64,000 bases of DNA, taken from contig CBDBKM010000010.1 in assembly GCA_965206695.1 (NCBI GenBank), forward strand, positions 64,001 to 128,000, read 5' to 3'. Source of the stretch: Chlamydiales bacterium (GTDB taxonomy: Bacteria > Chlamydiota > Chlamydiia > Chlamydiales > JAAZZY01). A program made the position numbers and the translations under genes. The notes under the pieces were generated by a model that was given only the letters and a program-made list of their open reading frames with translations, made no database searches and was not told the origin of the DNA. Positions 54,167-63,988 of this stretch are shown here, one piece after another (the first letter of the stretch is position 1; each line of letters starts with the position of its first letter).

Positions 54167-56038
54167 ATGACGACAATCTCTAACAATCCAACCTTCCTGT
54201 TTAATCGAACGCCCACAACTCTTGAAGAAGCAGGGCAATATGTTCATGATCTTGAATTGATGATTGAACAGAATCCGGGTGATGAAAAACTCGTAACAAA
54301 TATCACCACTCATCTTCTTGATTTGAGCCAAAAGGGTGCTGAGGGCTCTACAGATACCAATTTGTTAAATCGCAATATCAAAGTCTTAACCGATGAATTA
54401 AATGCAACAGAAGAAGTAACGATAGAAGAAGAGATCATTATTGAAGAAAGGATAACAGAGTCTCAGCCTGAACCTAAAGAGTCTAAAGGGTTTTTCAAAA
54501 AGGCTGCTCGTAAAGCCAAAGAGATTTATAACAAAACCGTTGATGTCATTGTCAAAACAACAAAACGTGTTGTTAAAAGCGTCAAAAAAGTCTTTAGAAA
54601 AACCGCTAAACAAACCAAAGACCTTACCAAAAAGGTAGGTCAATTTTGTAAGGATCATAAGAAAGAAATTATCATTGGTGTTGCCATAGTTGCAGCTATT
54701 GCAGTGGCAGCTGTTGCAGCCGTAGCTATAGCATCAGCAATGACAACAACTGCTGCTCAAGCACCAGGAGTAGGAGCTGCTATCGGTGGGCTTGGAGGAA
54801 CATTAGCAGGGGATACCGCTAATAAGTATAGTTCCGGTATCGATGACAAAGAAACTTCATTAGCTCCTTTCAAGAATAGTTCCTCTCTAGACTCAATTAA
54901 AATAGATAACCCCTTTGATAAAGATTTTATAGGTCCTCCATTATCAAGTTCATTTGGTAAACCATGCATATCTACCAAAAAAAATGTATTAGCTGCTAAT
55001 AAATTGGACGACACAAGAGCTTTTCTAAAAGATTCATCAAGTATACCTCGAGCAACCATCCCTAGTGAACTGGTATCGATGAGTAAATTTAAAGAGCGTT
55101 TAGATATTATTGAGGTAGAGGCTAAACAAAGTGGATTAGTTAAGAATACGGTCTTATCTGATCATACTTTATCTCTAAATGAAAATGTTTGGGATAGAAG
55201 ACCACATGAATTGCAAGAAGTATTAAATGACTGCTCAAATTATCCTCAGCTTATTAATGAAACGGTTGACAGAATGGAAGAATTAAATATTGTTCAAGAT
55301 TTCGGGTCGGAAGAGAGGTTTCAAGAGGACTGTGGTAATTGGCATGCAAACAACGCTTACGATGTTCTTGGAAAAGAAAGAACAAGAGAAAATTTTGCTA
55401 TGTCAGAAGTCTATCAAACGGGAGATAATGAGTTAAAAAATGGTAAGATTATTTATATTAATGGAATAGATAATACTTTAAACGATTCACAAAATGGAGC
55501 TAATGCTCTATCCCAGTATGCGGATGGAGCTCAGGTGACAGGGGTTTATAATGCATCTCATGGTAAGGTTAATGATTTATTAGAGGCTAATAGGAATATT
55601 AAGGGGGTAGCAACAACACCTTCGAAACTTTTAGCGGACGAGATTATTTCTTACTGTGAGTCTCATCCTGATAATTCAAAAGTATTAATTGTTTGCCATA
55701 GCCAAGGAACAGCTCATACAAATAATACGTTATATTTACTTCCTGAAGAAATAAGAAAACGAATCGAGGTAGCTGCTGTTGCGCCCAGTAAATACATCGA
55801 TAACACTTTATGTGATTATATAACGCATTATGTCAGTGCAAATGATACTCTTGTTCCAAATCTTGATAAAGAAAGAGCCATTGCCAAAAAACAAGGAACC
55901 GTGAAAGTGTTAGAAGCTTCATTAGGTTCATCCGAGAAATTTGATCATGGATTTTTGAATGAAACATATCAAGAAGCTGTCATAAATATTATAGACGATT
56001 TTATAGATAGAGACGGGGGATTAATAGATGCGAAATAA
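54167..56038 (+). CDS. Membrane-anchored protein with C-terminal alpha/beta-hydrolase (DUF687-like); candidate toxin/effector
   Basis: Basic helix, hydrophobic IIIGVAIVAAIAVAAVAAVAIA, GxxxG stretch; C-terminal INGIDNT, GVYNASHG, CHSQG, DTLVP, DHGF. Confidence 0.6.
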   Translation: MTTISNNPTFLFNRTPTTLEEAGQYVHDLELMIEQNPGDEKLVTNITTHLLDLSQKGAEGSTDTNLLNRNIKVLTDELNATEEVTIEEEIIIEERITESQPEPKESKGFFKKAARKAKEIYNKTVDVIVKTTKRVVKSVKKVFRKTAKQTKDLTKKVGQFCKDHKKEIIIGVAIVAAIAVAAVAAVAIASAMTTTAAQAPGVGAAIGGLGGTLAGDTANKYSSGIDDKETSLAPFKNSSSLDSIKIDNPFDKDFIGPPLSSSFGKPCISTKKNVLAANKLDDTRAFLKDSSSIPRATIPSELVSMSKFKERLDIIEVEAKQSGLVKNTVLSDHTLSLNENVWDRRPHELQEVLNDCSNYPQLINETVDRMEELNIVQDFGSEERFQEDCGNWHANNAYDVLGKERTRENFAMSEVYQTGDNELKNGKIIYINGIDNTLNDSQNGANALSQYADGAQVTGVYNASHGKVNDLLEANRNIKGVATTPSKLLADEIISYCESHPDNSKVLIVCHSQGTAHTNNTLYLLPEEIRKRIEVAAVAPSKYIDNTLCDYITHYVSANDTLVPNLDKERAIAKKQGTVKVLEASLGSSEKFDHGFLNETYQEAVINIIDDFIDRDGGLIDAK

Positions 56039-56645
56039 GTACTTTAGCTTATTTGTTGTAATGAATATTTTGTTGTTAGCTATGAGTTTATATTCATGTT
56101 CTCATAGTTTGAATAAAGATCCGAATACTTTCCGTTTAACTAAAGCGTTAAATGAAATGGGAAAAACTCTACCTTCTGATCGTGGGAGTATTACAAATGG
56201 GATATTGAAGGATGTCGCTTCAACTTTATCAGAGCGTTATAATATGGAATGTATCGGTTTTGGTGGAGGATGGTGTGGTGATAAGAAATTAGGTTTATCT
56301 TTTAAAATACGTAGAGTCATAGATAAGCAAGAGGCTAGAGCAATGTTAGTGGATTGTGTGCAAGAATTTATATCTAATGTGAACTCTAATGAAGCGTTAA
56401 AGCCTTATTTGGATGGTGTAGTATTCACCGAGAAAAATATTCGATTAGATATCTTTGTAAAAGATTCTCAAGGTAATAAAGTATATTATCCAGATATCTG
56501 TGTTTTCGGATCAATAGAAGGTGGTATCAGGTATAAGTTTCAGTCACTTGAAAAGAAGTACGGTTATATTGCAAAAGACCGAGAAACCTTCCAAGAAGCT
56601 CTTTCTATTTTAGAAAAAACCAGGAGTTTCGCATCAAATTATTAG
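56028..56645 (+). CDS. Putative lipoprotein, candidate immunity protein; last codons come from the IS701 end
   Basis: Signal peptide with lipobox-like LYSC; overlaps the upstream stop; GFGGG..LSFKI..EARAMLV..F...VN....KPYL pattern. Confidence 0.55.
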   Translation: MRNKYFSLFVVMNILLLAMSLYSCSHSLNKDPNTFRLTKALNEMGKTLPSDRGSITNGILKDVASTLSERYNMECIGFGGGWCGDKKLGLSFKIRRVIDKQEARAMLVDCVQEFISNVNSNEALKPYLDGVVFTEKNIRLDIFVKDSQGNKVYYPDICVFGSIEGGIRYKFQSLEKKYGYIAKDRETFQEALSILEKTRSFASNY

Positions 56646-58551
56646 CTGTTGGTCAAAATATGCCTCATATTTAAAGTAATAGCGGGCTTTATGATTTCCC
56701 AATCTTGCAGATAAAAGGATGTGTTATCTTTCATTCTTCGCTTAAATTTATTTAGCCAAGCATAAATAGACATAAAAATATGGTTTCGTTGCGCTCGTGC
56801 GTTACGAGACTGACAGCGCTCAAGGCCACAGGTTTGTTTCAATTCACTATGATAGACTTCTATTTTCCAACGAATTTTCATGATCTTCTCTACATCATTA
56901 CGGCTAGAATCCTCCATATTGGTGATCACATAGTCAACGCGGCCATTTTTAGCCACAAACTTGAAAGCCGTAACAAAACCATAGCCTCGTAAGTGAATGT
57001 TTAGTCCTTCATCCGAAATATCCAAATTTTCCAAAGTTTCGTTCCGATTAACCTTCCTGTTTTTACGTAAAGTAGTGACAAAATATAAGCCCATATCTCT
57101 GATAGACTTTAAGTTTTTTAAACCGGAATACCATGAATCCATAACAACTACTTGGGGGTTGAAGCCCCGGTTTTGACTGAGTTTGAGCATTTCTATACAA
57201 TGGGTATTCTTTGTTTTACCATCACTATTCCTATCGTAAATCCTATAATCCACAGGGACATATTGCTCTGAATTTAGTCCATACCATAAAAGGTTGACTA
57301 AACCAATCCCTGCTACAATATCGTGTACATTTCCGGAATACTGATAATTAACAAGCTCTATCTTTTTACTATGCGTTTTTGAAAGGGTGGTATCATCAAT
57401 AATAAGTACACAAGGCTCATCAATATCGACATAATGTGTTACCGTTTCAAAGACTTCTTTAGGTTGAAATTTTTTATCTTTTAGCCATCGGCTAATACTG
57501 TCATGTGATAACTTATTAGGACAAACTTCCGACATCGCAAGGCTAGAATATCTAATGCTACTTGCTTGAATGAATGAACTATAGTATTTTAATTTTTATT
57601 TGATAATATGTTATCCTTCTTTTTTTATACAAACAGTAAGGACAAAACAATGCCTAGAGCCTATTCAGTAGATCTTCGAGAGAAAGTATGACAACATATA
57701 GAAAAACATCATGATAAAAAAACAGCCGGCCATATTTTTCAAGTAGGTATCGCAACAATATATCGATGGATCTTGCAAAAAAAAGCAAAAAGGACATTTA
57801 AAGCCAATCCGCAGAAAATATGCTTATAAGAAATTAGATGATGAGTTGTTATCTAAATATGTAGAAAAACATCCGGATTATTTTTTATCGGAAATTGCTG
57901 ATTATTTTTCAGTCACTCCGCAAACGATTTTTTATGCCCTTAAAAGATTAAAAATTACACGAAAAAAAAAACTACTCGCTATAAGGAAAGAGATGAAAAG
58001 AAACGGGAAGCTTTTATGAAAGATTTAAAAAATATTCCCTTTGACAAGAGAATTTATCTCGATGAAACCGGGATTCATCAATTTTTATTTCGTGAGTCCG
58101 GAAGAAGCTTACGCGGCAAAAGAGTTTTTGGAGCGGTTTCAGGAAACCGCTTTATAAGGCAAAATATTATTTCAGCCCTATCTAAAGGGCAGTTTTTATC
58201 TCCAATGTGTTTTGAAGGTACTTGTAATACCGGGTTATTCAATATTTGGCTTAAGGAAGTTTTGACTCCTCAGCTTACACCCGGTAGTGTTCTTATTCTT
58301 GACAATGCCGGTTTTCACAAGTCAGCGGAAAGCAGGAAAACAGTAGAATCTGCCGGTTGTAAGCTTATGTTTCTTCCTCCATATTCTCCGGACTTAAATC
58401 CTATAGAAAAATATTGGGCTAATATGAAAAATAAAGTTAGAGAGATATTACGAAAAGTTACGAATTTTAAATTCGCCATTGATCAAGCAATCTTATCAAT
58501 ATAAAATTAAATGACTATATACAGTTCCTTTGTGCATTTATGTAACGACAT
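56642..58551 (-). pseudogene. IS701-family DDE transposase interrupted by IS630 element B
   Basis: Removing 57582-58519 rejoins MSLHKCTKELY-SSFIQASSIRY; SHDSISRWL, IIDDT, MDSWY, RWKIEVYHSELKQ, CQSR. Confidence 0.9.
57580..58519 (+). mobile_element. IS630-family element B, copy 3 (orfA premature TGA plus an extra A)
   Basis: Same ends as copies 1 and 2; TA duplication within the IS701 transposase; orfB 58016-58504. Confidence 0.95.
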
Positions 58552-58617
58552 TTCTCTTTCTCCTCTACCTAAAAAAAGAAAAAATCATAACTTAATTCAA
58601 AAAAATATTTAAGCTCT

Positions 58618-59715
58618 TATACTCATCACGAATAAACCTCCGGATATTTTGTATTCGTATAGTGTAAATTATTTTGTATGAATTCATTTTTAACACTATC
58701 AGAAGAAAAGCATCTCAGACAGCAACATAAACGAGAAAAGAATGGTCGTATACGAGATCGTATCAAGGCTGTTCTATTGTCGAATAAAGGTTGGAGTAAT
58801 ACTCGTATTGCTGAAGCTGTGCTTTTAGACGATGAAACAGTGTCTCGTCACATTAAAGAATATCAAAATAAACAGCAATTGCATGTAGAAAGCGGTGGTT
58901 CAGTCAGTAAACTTCTTGCGCCACAGTCAGAAGAATTCATTAAACATTTAACAACTCATACCTATGTCAAAGTAGAAGATATCTGTTCTTATGTTCTCGC
59001 GAAATATGGCATTGTTTATACGATTTCAGGGATGACTTCTTGGCTACACTCACATGGTTTTTCCTATAAAAAGCCTAAAGGTACACCGGCTAAGGCAAAT
59101 TCTGATCAACAAAAAGCTTGGATGCAATTTTACACCAAGCTTATGGCATCTCTGCCTAAAAATGAGCCTGTTGAATTTGCTGATGGTGTGCATCCAACTA
59201 TGGCAACTAAAATTTCTTATGGTTGGATTCGACCGGGAACAAGTAAATTAATCGCAACAACAGCTTCTAGAACTCGAATGAATCTTATGGGGTCTATCAA
59301 TTTAAACAGTATGAAGGTAACAATAGATGCTTATGAAACATTAAATAGCGGTACCATGGCAAAACATTTTGCTTTATTACGGTCAAAATATCCCTCAGCT
59401 CCAAATATCCATCTTATTTTAGATCAAGGTCCTTATAATACAAGTATTCAGACCAAACAAGAAGCAGAAAAACAAGGTATTATTCTCTATTATTTACCTT
59501 CTTACAGTCCTAACCTCAATCCTATTGAACGATTATGGAAAGTGATGAATGAATATTGTCGCAATAATCGGTTTTTTAATTCTGCTAAAGAATTTCGGAG
59601 ATCGATTACCGGATTTTTTGAAAATACTTGGCCCTCTATTGCTCAATCAATGAGGACACGAATCAATGATCATTTTCAAGTCTTAGAATCGGCACTTTGA
59701 TTCATAAGGGGTATA
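58618..59715 (+). mobile_element. IS630-family element A, copy 2 (intact)
   Basis: TA-flanked, imperfect terminal IRs, single transposase ORF. Confidence 0.95.
58678..59700 (+). CDS. IS630-family transposase
   Basis: HTH N-terminus, FADGVHP, LDQGPY, YSPNLNPIERLW. Confidence 0.95.
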   Translation: MNSFLTLSEEKHLRQQHKREKNGRIRDRIKAVLLSNKGWSNTRIAEAVLLDDETVSRHIKEYQNKQQLHVESGGSVSKLLAPQSEEFIKHLTTHTYVKVEDICSYVLAKYGIVYTISGMTSWLHSHGFSYKKPKGTPAKANSDQQKAWMQFYTKLMASLPKNEPVEFADGVHPTMATKISYGWIRPGTSKLIATTASRTRMNLMGSINLNSMKVTIDAYETLNSGTMAKHFALLRSKYPSAPNIHLILDQGPYNTSIQTKQEAEKQGIILYYLPSYSPNLNPIERLWKVMNEYCRNNRFFNSAKEFRRSITGFFENTWPSIAQSMRTRINDHFQVLESAL

Positions 59716-59920
59716 GTTCAATAACTAATTGCTGCCGCGCGAAACTCCTGGAAAAGAATAAAGGAAGGAGTGCTCAGATTGCTTCTAAAGATATTTCTAT
59801 AACTCAGCAGAAATAGATTCAGCTAAATGGTGCACATACGGTGCAGTGAACTTGGTAAACAACCGGTATCATCCAACACAAACCAATAGACTTCTTGTCT
59901 TTTCTTCAGTATAATAATGC

Positions 59921-61474
59921 TCATTGTGATTGGATATTATTGGTTAGTTTGGTAATACACCGCCCTGTAACTCCGTCTCTGTAATGGATACGTTGGTTCG
60001 AATCCAACCGCCCCCATTCTTCTGGATGCTTCTTAAAATTCATGATAGTTAAGAAGGGTTCTCTTATTGATAATGAGAGACTTAGGTCTTCTAATTGTAA
60101 GTTCTGAAACACTAAATTCAGCAATTGTCGTTTTTCATCTACTTCAGAACTATTGAAGAGTCCTTTTGCTTTAGAAGCTAGTTTCATTACCAGATTAGCT
60201 GTGATGTAGAAATTTTTATCTGCTTGTTCATGTCGTTCGAGTTGTTTAACAATTTCCAACTGTCTCTTCTTATATTCAGAGGTTTTTTTCACATACATAG
60301 CTTCATCAATCAATCCATCGAGTTTATCTTCATAGATTTGATCCATACGCTGTTGTAAACGATCCTGCTCTTTTCTTAGAGCATGTAGACTATCAGCATG
60401 AAATTTAGCTTTAGACTCATGGATACTTTTTAGATGTTGTGTAACCTCTTCAATTTGTTTCTCAGTAAGAGCTATACGGTCAAAATATCCAGACAAGATA
60501 TCGAGGAGCTTTTCTTCTCTTATATACTGTCTTTTACATATACCTCTAGCATTGGTACAGCTATAGTAGATGTACTGTTGCTTATGTATCTCCGCTGTAA
60601 TAGCACACCCGCATTTGGAACAAGATATTAATCCTTTTAAGATAAAAGCTTGACTGACAGCTTTATGAGGCTTTCTATGGTAGCTGTTAGAGACCTCTTG
60701 TACTTGATCAAATAAAGCATGAGAAATTAATGGTTTATAATGATGCTTAATTAGCCCATACTTAGTTTCCATAATTCCATAATAAAAAGTTTTTTTTAGA
60801 ATTTCATTAATTTGAGATTTAGCAACAGGTTTTCCTTTTTTAGTACGAAATCCTATTTCTTTTATTTCTTTTTGTAATTTCAACAATGAGTAATTGCCTG
60901 TAGCATATAATTCAAATAATTTTTGAATAAAATGAGAGCGTTCAGGGTCGGGGATAATGGTTTTGTCTCCTTGAGCATCAATAGAATGTATATAACCAAT
61001 AGGAGCAAGACCTATCCAAGTACCATTTTTGACTGCCTGTTCTTTACTCCTTTTCACATTATCACTTAGCTGTAACACATAACTTCGAGCAAACATCACG
61101 CCCATATCCCAACGTAAAATATCAGCACTATTAGATTTTAAATCAAGAATAAGACCTTCTCTAATAAAATGAATTTCTACTTTACCTTCTTTTCTTAGAT
61201 CTTCTAATACTACTGATTCTTTAAAACTGCGTTGAACTCTATCTATGGTATCAGCAACTAGGGCATAAGGCTCTCTAGATTTTTTGATTTTTGCGATGAT
61301 CTTTTCAAATTCTTTTCGAGTGTCTTTAGTAGAAGATTCAGTAATTTTAAATACTTCATCAATATCAAGACTTTTTCTCTCACTGTATTCTCTTAAGCGA
61401 CGCTCTTGAGCTGGTATAGATTGTCCCTCTTCTTGTTCCTTACTAGATACTCGAGCTAATAATATAGCTTTCAT
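59921..61474 (-). CDS. Large serine recombinase (integrase)
   Basis: Catalytic ARVSS, DRVQR, APIGY recombinase domain, zinc ribbon CSKCG..YYSC..C, coiled coil. Confidence 0.93.
   Translation of the reverse strand: MKAILLARVSSKEQEEGQSIPAQERRLREYSERKSLDIDEVFKITESSTKDTRKEFEKIIAKIKKSREPYALVADTIDRVQRSFKESVVLEDLRKEGKVEIHFIREGLILDLKSNSADILRWDMGVMFARSYVLQLSDNVKRSKEQAVKNGTWIGLAPIGYIHSIDAQGDKTIIPDPERSHFIQKLFELYATGNYSLLKLQKEIKEIGFRTKKGKPVAKSQINEILKKTFYYGIMETKYGLIKHHYKPLISHALFDQVQEVSNSYHRKPHKAVSQAFILKGLISCSKCGCAITAEIHKQQYIYYSCTNARGICKRQYIREEKLLDILSGYFDRIALTEKQIEEVTQHLKSIHESKAKFHADSLHALRKEQDRLQQRMDQIYEDKLDGLIDEAMYVKKTSEYKKRQLEIVKQLERHEQADKNFYITANLVMKLASKAKGLFNSSEVDEKRQLLNLVFQNLQLEDLSLSLSIREPFLTIMNFKKHPEEWGRLDSNQRIHYRDGVTGRCITKLTNNIQSQ
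59965..60016 (+). pseudogene. 3' half of tRNA-Tyr(GTA), putative att site; not a complete tRNA
   Basis: Anticodon loop CTGTAAC, long variable arm, perfect T-arm GTTGG-TTCGAAT-CCAAC, acceptor 3' strand CGCCCCC-A; upstream bases cannot pair with the anticodon or acceptor stems. Confidence 0.8.
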
Positions 61475-61514
61475 GTTACATCCTTATTATATTTTTAATT
61501 TTTTAGATATGATA

Positions 61515-62039
61515 TCAATTCATCACAATTTCTTCCGTATGATTTTTCACAACAAAGCCATTATTACTAGTGTTATTATTTGCTTGAAATTGCTTGCTAA
61601 GCTGGATTAAACGTAGTTCCTTTAGGGCTTTAAATAATGTATTTTCTAATTTGGTTTCATATCTTGATAACAGCATCAATTTGTTGCCATTTAATTCCTC
61701 TAAGACTTTGGTAAGACCGTCATCATTGAATAGAGTATTATTGATCTGATCCATCAATGCAGATTCTAGTTGTATAATTCTAGAGAGCCTCCATGAAGCA
61801 GATATCACTCTTTCTACAAATAGAGTTTCTAATGCTCCTGAGGGTTGAAATGCATCATAAAATTCTTTAACCAAATCCTGGAACTCTTCTTTAGACTCGT
61901 CTTCCAATAGTAGATTTTTACTGAAGATACCATGTTTGACAGCATTTTGAGCCACTATAGCTTTACCTTTAGAAGTTATTGCTCCTGAAGATTTTTTTGA
62001 ATTTCGTCTATTAGCTTGTATTTTTTTTATAGATGTCAT
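61515..62039 (-). CDS. Conserved mobile-element hypothetical protein (ANRRN..STGP.T.EGK..NA.KHG family)
   Basis: MTSIKKIQANRRNSKKSSGAITSKGKAIVAQNAVKHG; RBS AAGGAG before ATG 62039. Confidence 0.7.
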   Translation of the reverse strand: MTSIKKIQANRRNSKKSSGAITSKGKAIVAQNAVKHGIFSKNLLLEDESKEEFQDLVKEFYDAFQPSGALETLFVERVISASWRLSRIIQLESALMDQINNTLFNDDGLTKVLEELNGNKLMLLSRYETKLENTLFKALKELRLIQLSKQFQANNNTSNNGFVVKNHTEEIVMN

Positions 62040-62592
62040 GAGCAGCTCCTTTTTTTCCCGTATTATCAGAATAATAGTATTCTTGGATAATAGAATGCAT
62101 TTTTTTACGGAATTCCTGAAGTGAAGGAAAAAGGTAAGAATCATTTTTAGAAGTGAATATTTTGTCTGTTATTGAGTAAAAATGCTTATTGCTTGGTATT
62201 TTCCATTCAGGAATCTTCTGATCTAAACACCGGCATTTGAAATCAGTGTATAGCGAGTTTTTTAAAAAAGCCCTTTTAGGCCATCCTAAGATACGACCTG
62301 TACATGGCTGAGATGGTTCAATATGTCCTTCTTCTAAGCAAATCAACAACCAGTCTAAAATTAATTGCCTCTTTCTCTTATTTTCGGACGGTTCGGACGG
62401 TTGTTTTTCATCTTTTATAATTTGAGAAATAAAAATATTATTATTCTTATCCACAATAGTAGTGGGTATTGATTTTTTATGTGTCGTTCCTTCATTGTTT
62501 AATGAAATATTATTTTTTTTTATTTTTCTATTTTCTAAAAGGGTTTGTTTTAACCGTCCGAACCGTCCGAGTTTTTCAGTTTTATTACCCAT
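62011..62592 (-). CDS. Hypothetical protein overlapping the putative origin
   Basis: 193 aa ORF overlapping both neighbours; no diagnostic motif. Confidence 0.4.
   Translation of the reverse strand: MGNKTEKLGRFGRLKQTLLENRKIKKNNISLNNEGTTHKKSIPTTIVDKNNNIFISQIIKDEKQPSEPSENKRKRQLILDWLLICLEEGHIEPSQPCTGRILGWPKRAFLKNSLYTDFKCRCLDQKIPEWKIPSNKHFYSITDKIFTSKNDSYLFPSLQEFRKKMHSIIQEYYYSDNTGKKGAAHDIYKKNTS
62384..62570. repeat. Inverted pair of tandem iterons around an AT-rich core, putative replication origin
   Basis: TCGGACGGTTCGGACGGTT (62384-62402) and its exact reverse complement (62552-62570). Confidence 0.8.
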
Positions 62593-63988
62593 TATTTGAC
62601 TCCAATATATCCATATTTAGAGAGATATGTTTAAATCCTTTTTGGCTTTTTCCATTTCTCATGATATCGTTGCGTCGGTTACTGCGATATACTTCCAGCA
62701 TAATATTGCGGATCTGGGTTTCAAAGCTTCTGACATGCTCTGCCTGCCAGCCTTTACAGTTACAGAATTCCATATAAGCTTCTGTTAATGCGTGGACTGT
62801 AACATCAGCTCCATGCTCTGATTGTGTACATTGTAAAATAAAAGCTCTTATGGAATCTGATTCGGATAACAGGCTTTCAACATGGTTTATTTGATCATCA
62901 GAACGTTGAATCCTTCCGTAAACTTCTAGATCATCAAGCAATTTAACAGCTCCTTCAATCATCCAATTCAATATTCCAGACCCCTCTTCTTTGATTAGAA
63001 TATCATCAAAATTAGCAATGGGAATTTCTGGAGGAGAGTTCTCAAAGGCAATAATCAACAATCTTCTTCTCCAAGCTCCTGTATCAGAATCTAAACGCAG
63101 GTGGAGTCTAGCATTACTTGTGATCAAAATATTAAACTCACCTCTAATTTCAATACGTTTTTTGGCATTCTTTTGCTCTGTTGATAAACGGTCTCCTCCA
63201 ACAAGAGATTTTAATACGCTGGCTCCTTTATTGTGATTGAGAAAGTTACTGGGGACATCTTTTCCAGTTAACAACGTCTTGCCAACAAAAGAAGCTGTTT
63301 CAAATTTTTCCGATAAAAGAGAAATTTTCAGTTGGGCAACATTATGTAAACTTATGATTTTTTCAATAATGCTGACTAAACAAGATTTTCCTCCTCCAGG
63401 TGTGCCTGATATTAATAGAATAGTTTGAGAGAGATTTTTTCCCAGCAGACATTGTCCGCAGTATTTTTGAAGTAATTCTATATCATCTTCTGATACGGCT
63501 GGTTGAACCAGTTTTTCTAAAAATCGTTGACATTCAGCTTTTGGATCGATTATAATTTCAGATCGGTTTCTGGAATAATAGTCAGGCCTGAAAGGATGGA
63601 TAATGTCAAGGTCTTCTTTTAAACGTAGTAGACCGTTACCTGCATGGATAATGTGCTGTTGATTTTGGAAGATATTATCTCCTCCAACACCGCCCTTTAA
63701 TAAATTTAATATCTGCTTAAGCACATTGTCAGTTCTTTGTATAAGTAATTCTCTATGACCTAGCAAAGTAATCAAATTGAAGAAAGAATCACCTAAGTCA
63801 ACTTTAACTGAATGTTCGCTTTCCCAACCCCATACACCTGTCTCTGCTTTATATTGATAAAAAGAGTTTTCATTTAATTCATACACTATAAGTTTTTCAT
63901 GAGCATATTTATTTGCAAAAAATAATTGATTAATCGATTTGTGTCCTTTTTCGGATTCTATGATGGGATCACCTAATTTTTTTGTCAT
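62585..63988 (-). CDS. P4-family / D5-like SF3 primase-helicase (frame open to the window edge, may start upstream)
   Basis: NGLL, Walker A GTPGGGKS, LKSLVGGD, TSN, AWRRRLLII.F, EGSGILNWMIEG. Confidence 0.88.
   Translation of the reverse strand: MTKKLGDPIIESEKGHKSINQLFFANKYAHEKLIVYELNENSFYQYKAETGVWGWESEHSVKVDLGDSFFNLITLLGHRELLIQRTDNVLKQILNLLKGGVGGDNIFQNQQHIIHAGNGLLRLKEDLDIIHPFRPDYYSRNRSEIIIDPKAECQRFLEKLVQPAVSEDDIELLQKYCGQCLLGKNLSQTILLISGTPGGGKSCLVSIIEKIISLHNVAQLKISLLSEKFETASFVGKTLLTGKDVPSNFLNHNKGASVLKSLVGGDRLSTEQKNAKKRIEIRGEFNILITSNARLHLRLDSDTGAWRRRLLIIAFENSPPEIPIANFDDILIKEEGSGILNWMIEGAVKLLDDLEVYGRIQRSDDQINHVESLLSESDSIRAFILQCTQSEHGADVTVHALTEAYMEFCNCKGWQAEHVRSFETQIRNIMLEVYRSNRRNDIMRNGKSQKGFKHISLNMDILESNNG

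Larger units (their letters stand above)
56620..59751 (-). mobile_element. IS701-family element (~1.1 kb net) containing two nested IS630 elements
   Basis: Perfect 13-bp terminal IR CCAGGAGTTTCGC (56620-56632) / GCGAAACTCCTGG (59739-59751). Confidence 0.85.

Noticed and set aside
59826..59850. GGTGCA direct repeat as integrase arm sites
   Set aside because: Two 6-mers are too little evidence
59930..60016. Functional full-length tRNA gene
   Set aside because: The 5' side cannot pair with the acceptor (CGCCCCC) or anticodon (TCCGT) 3' strands; kept only as a fragment
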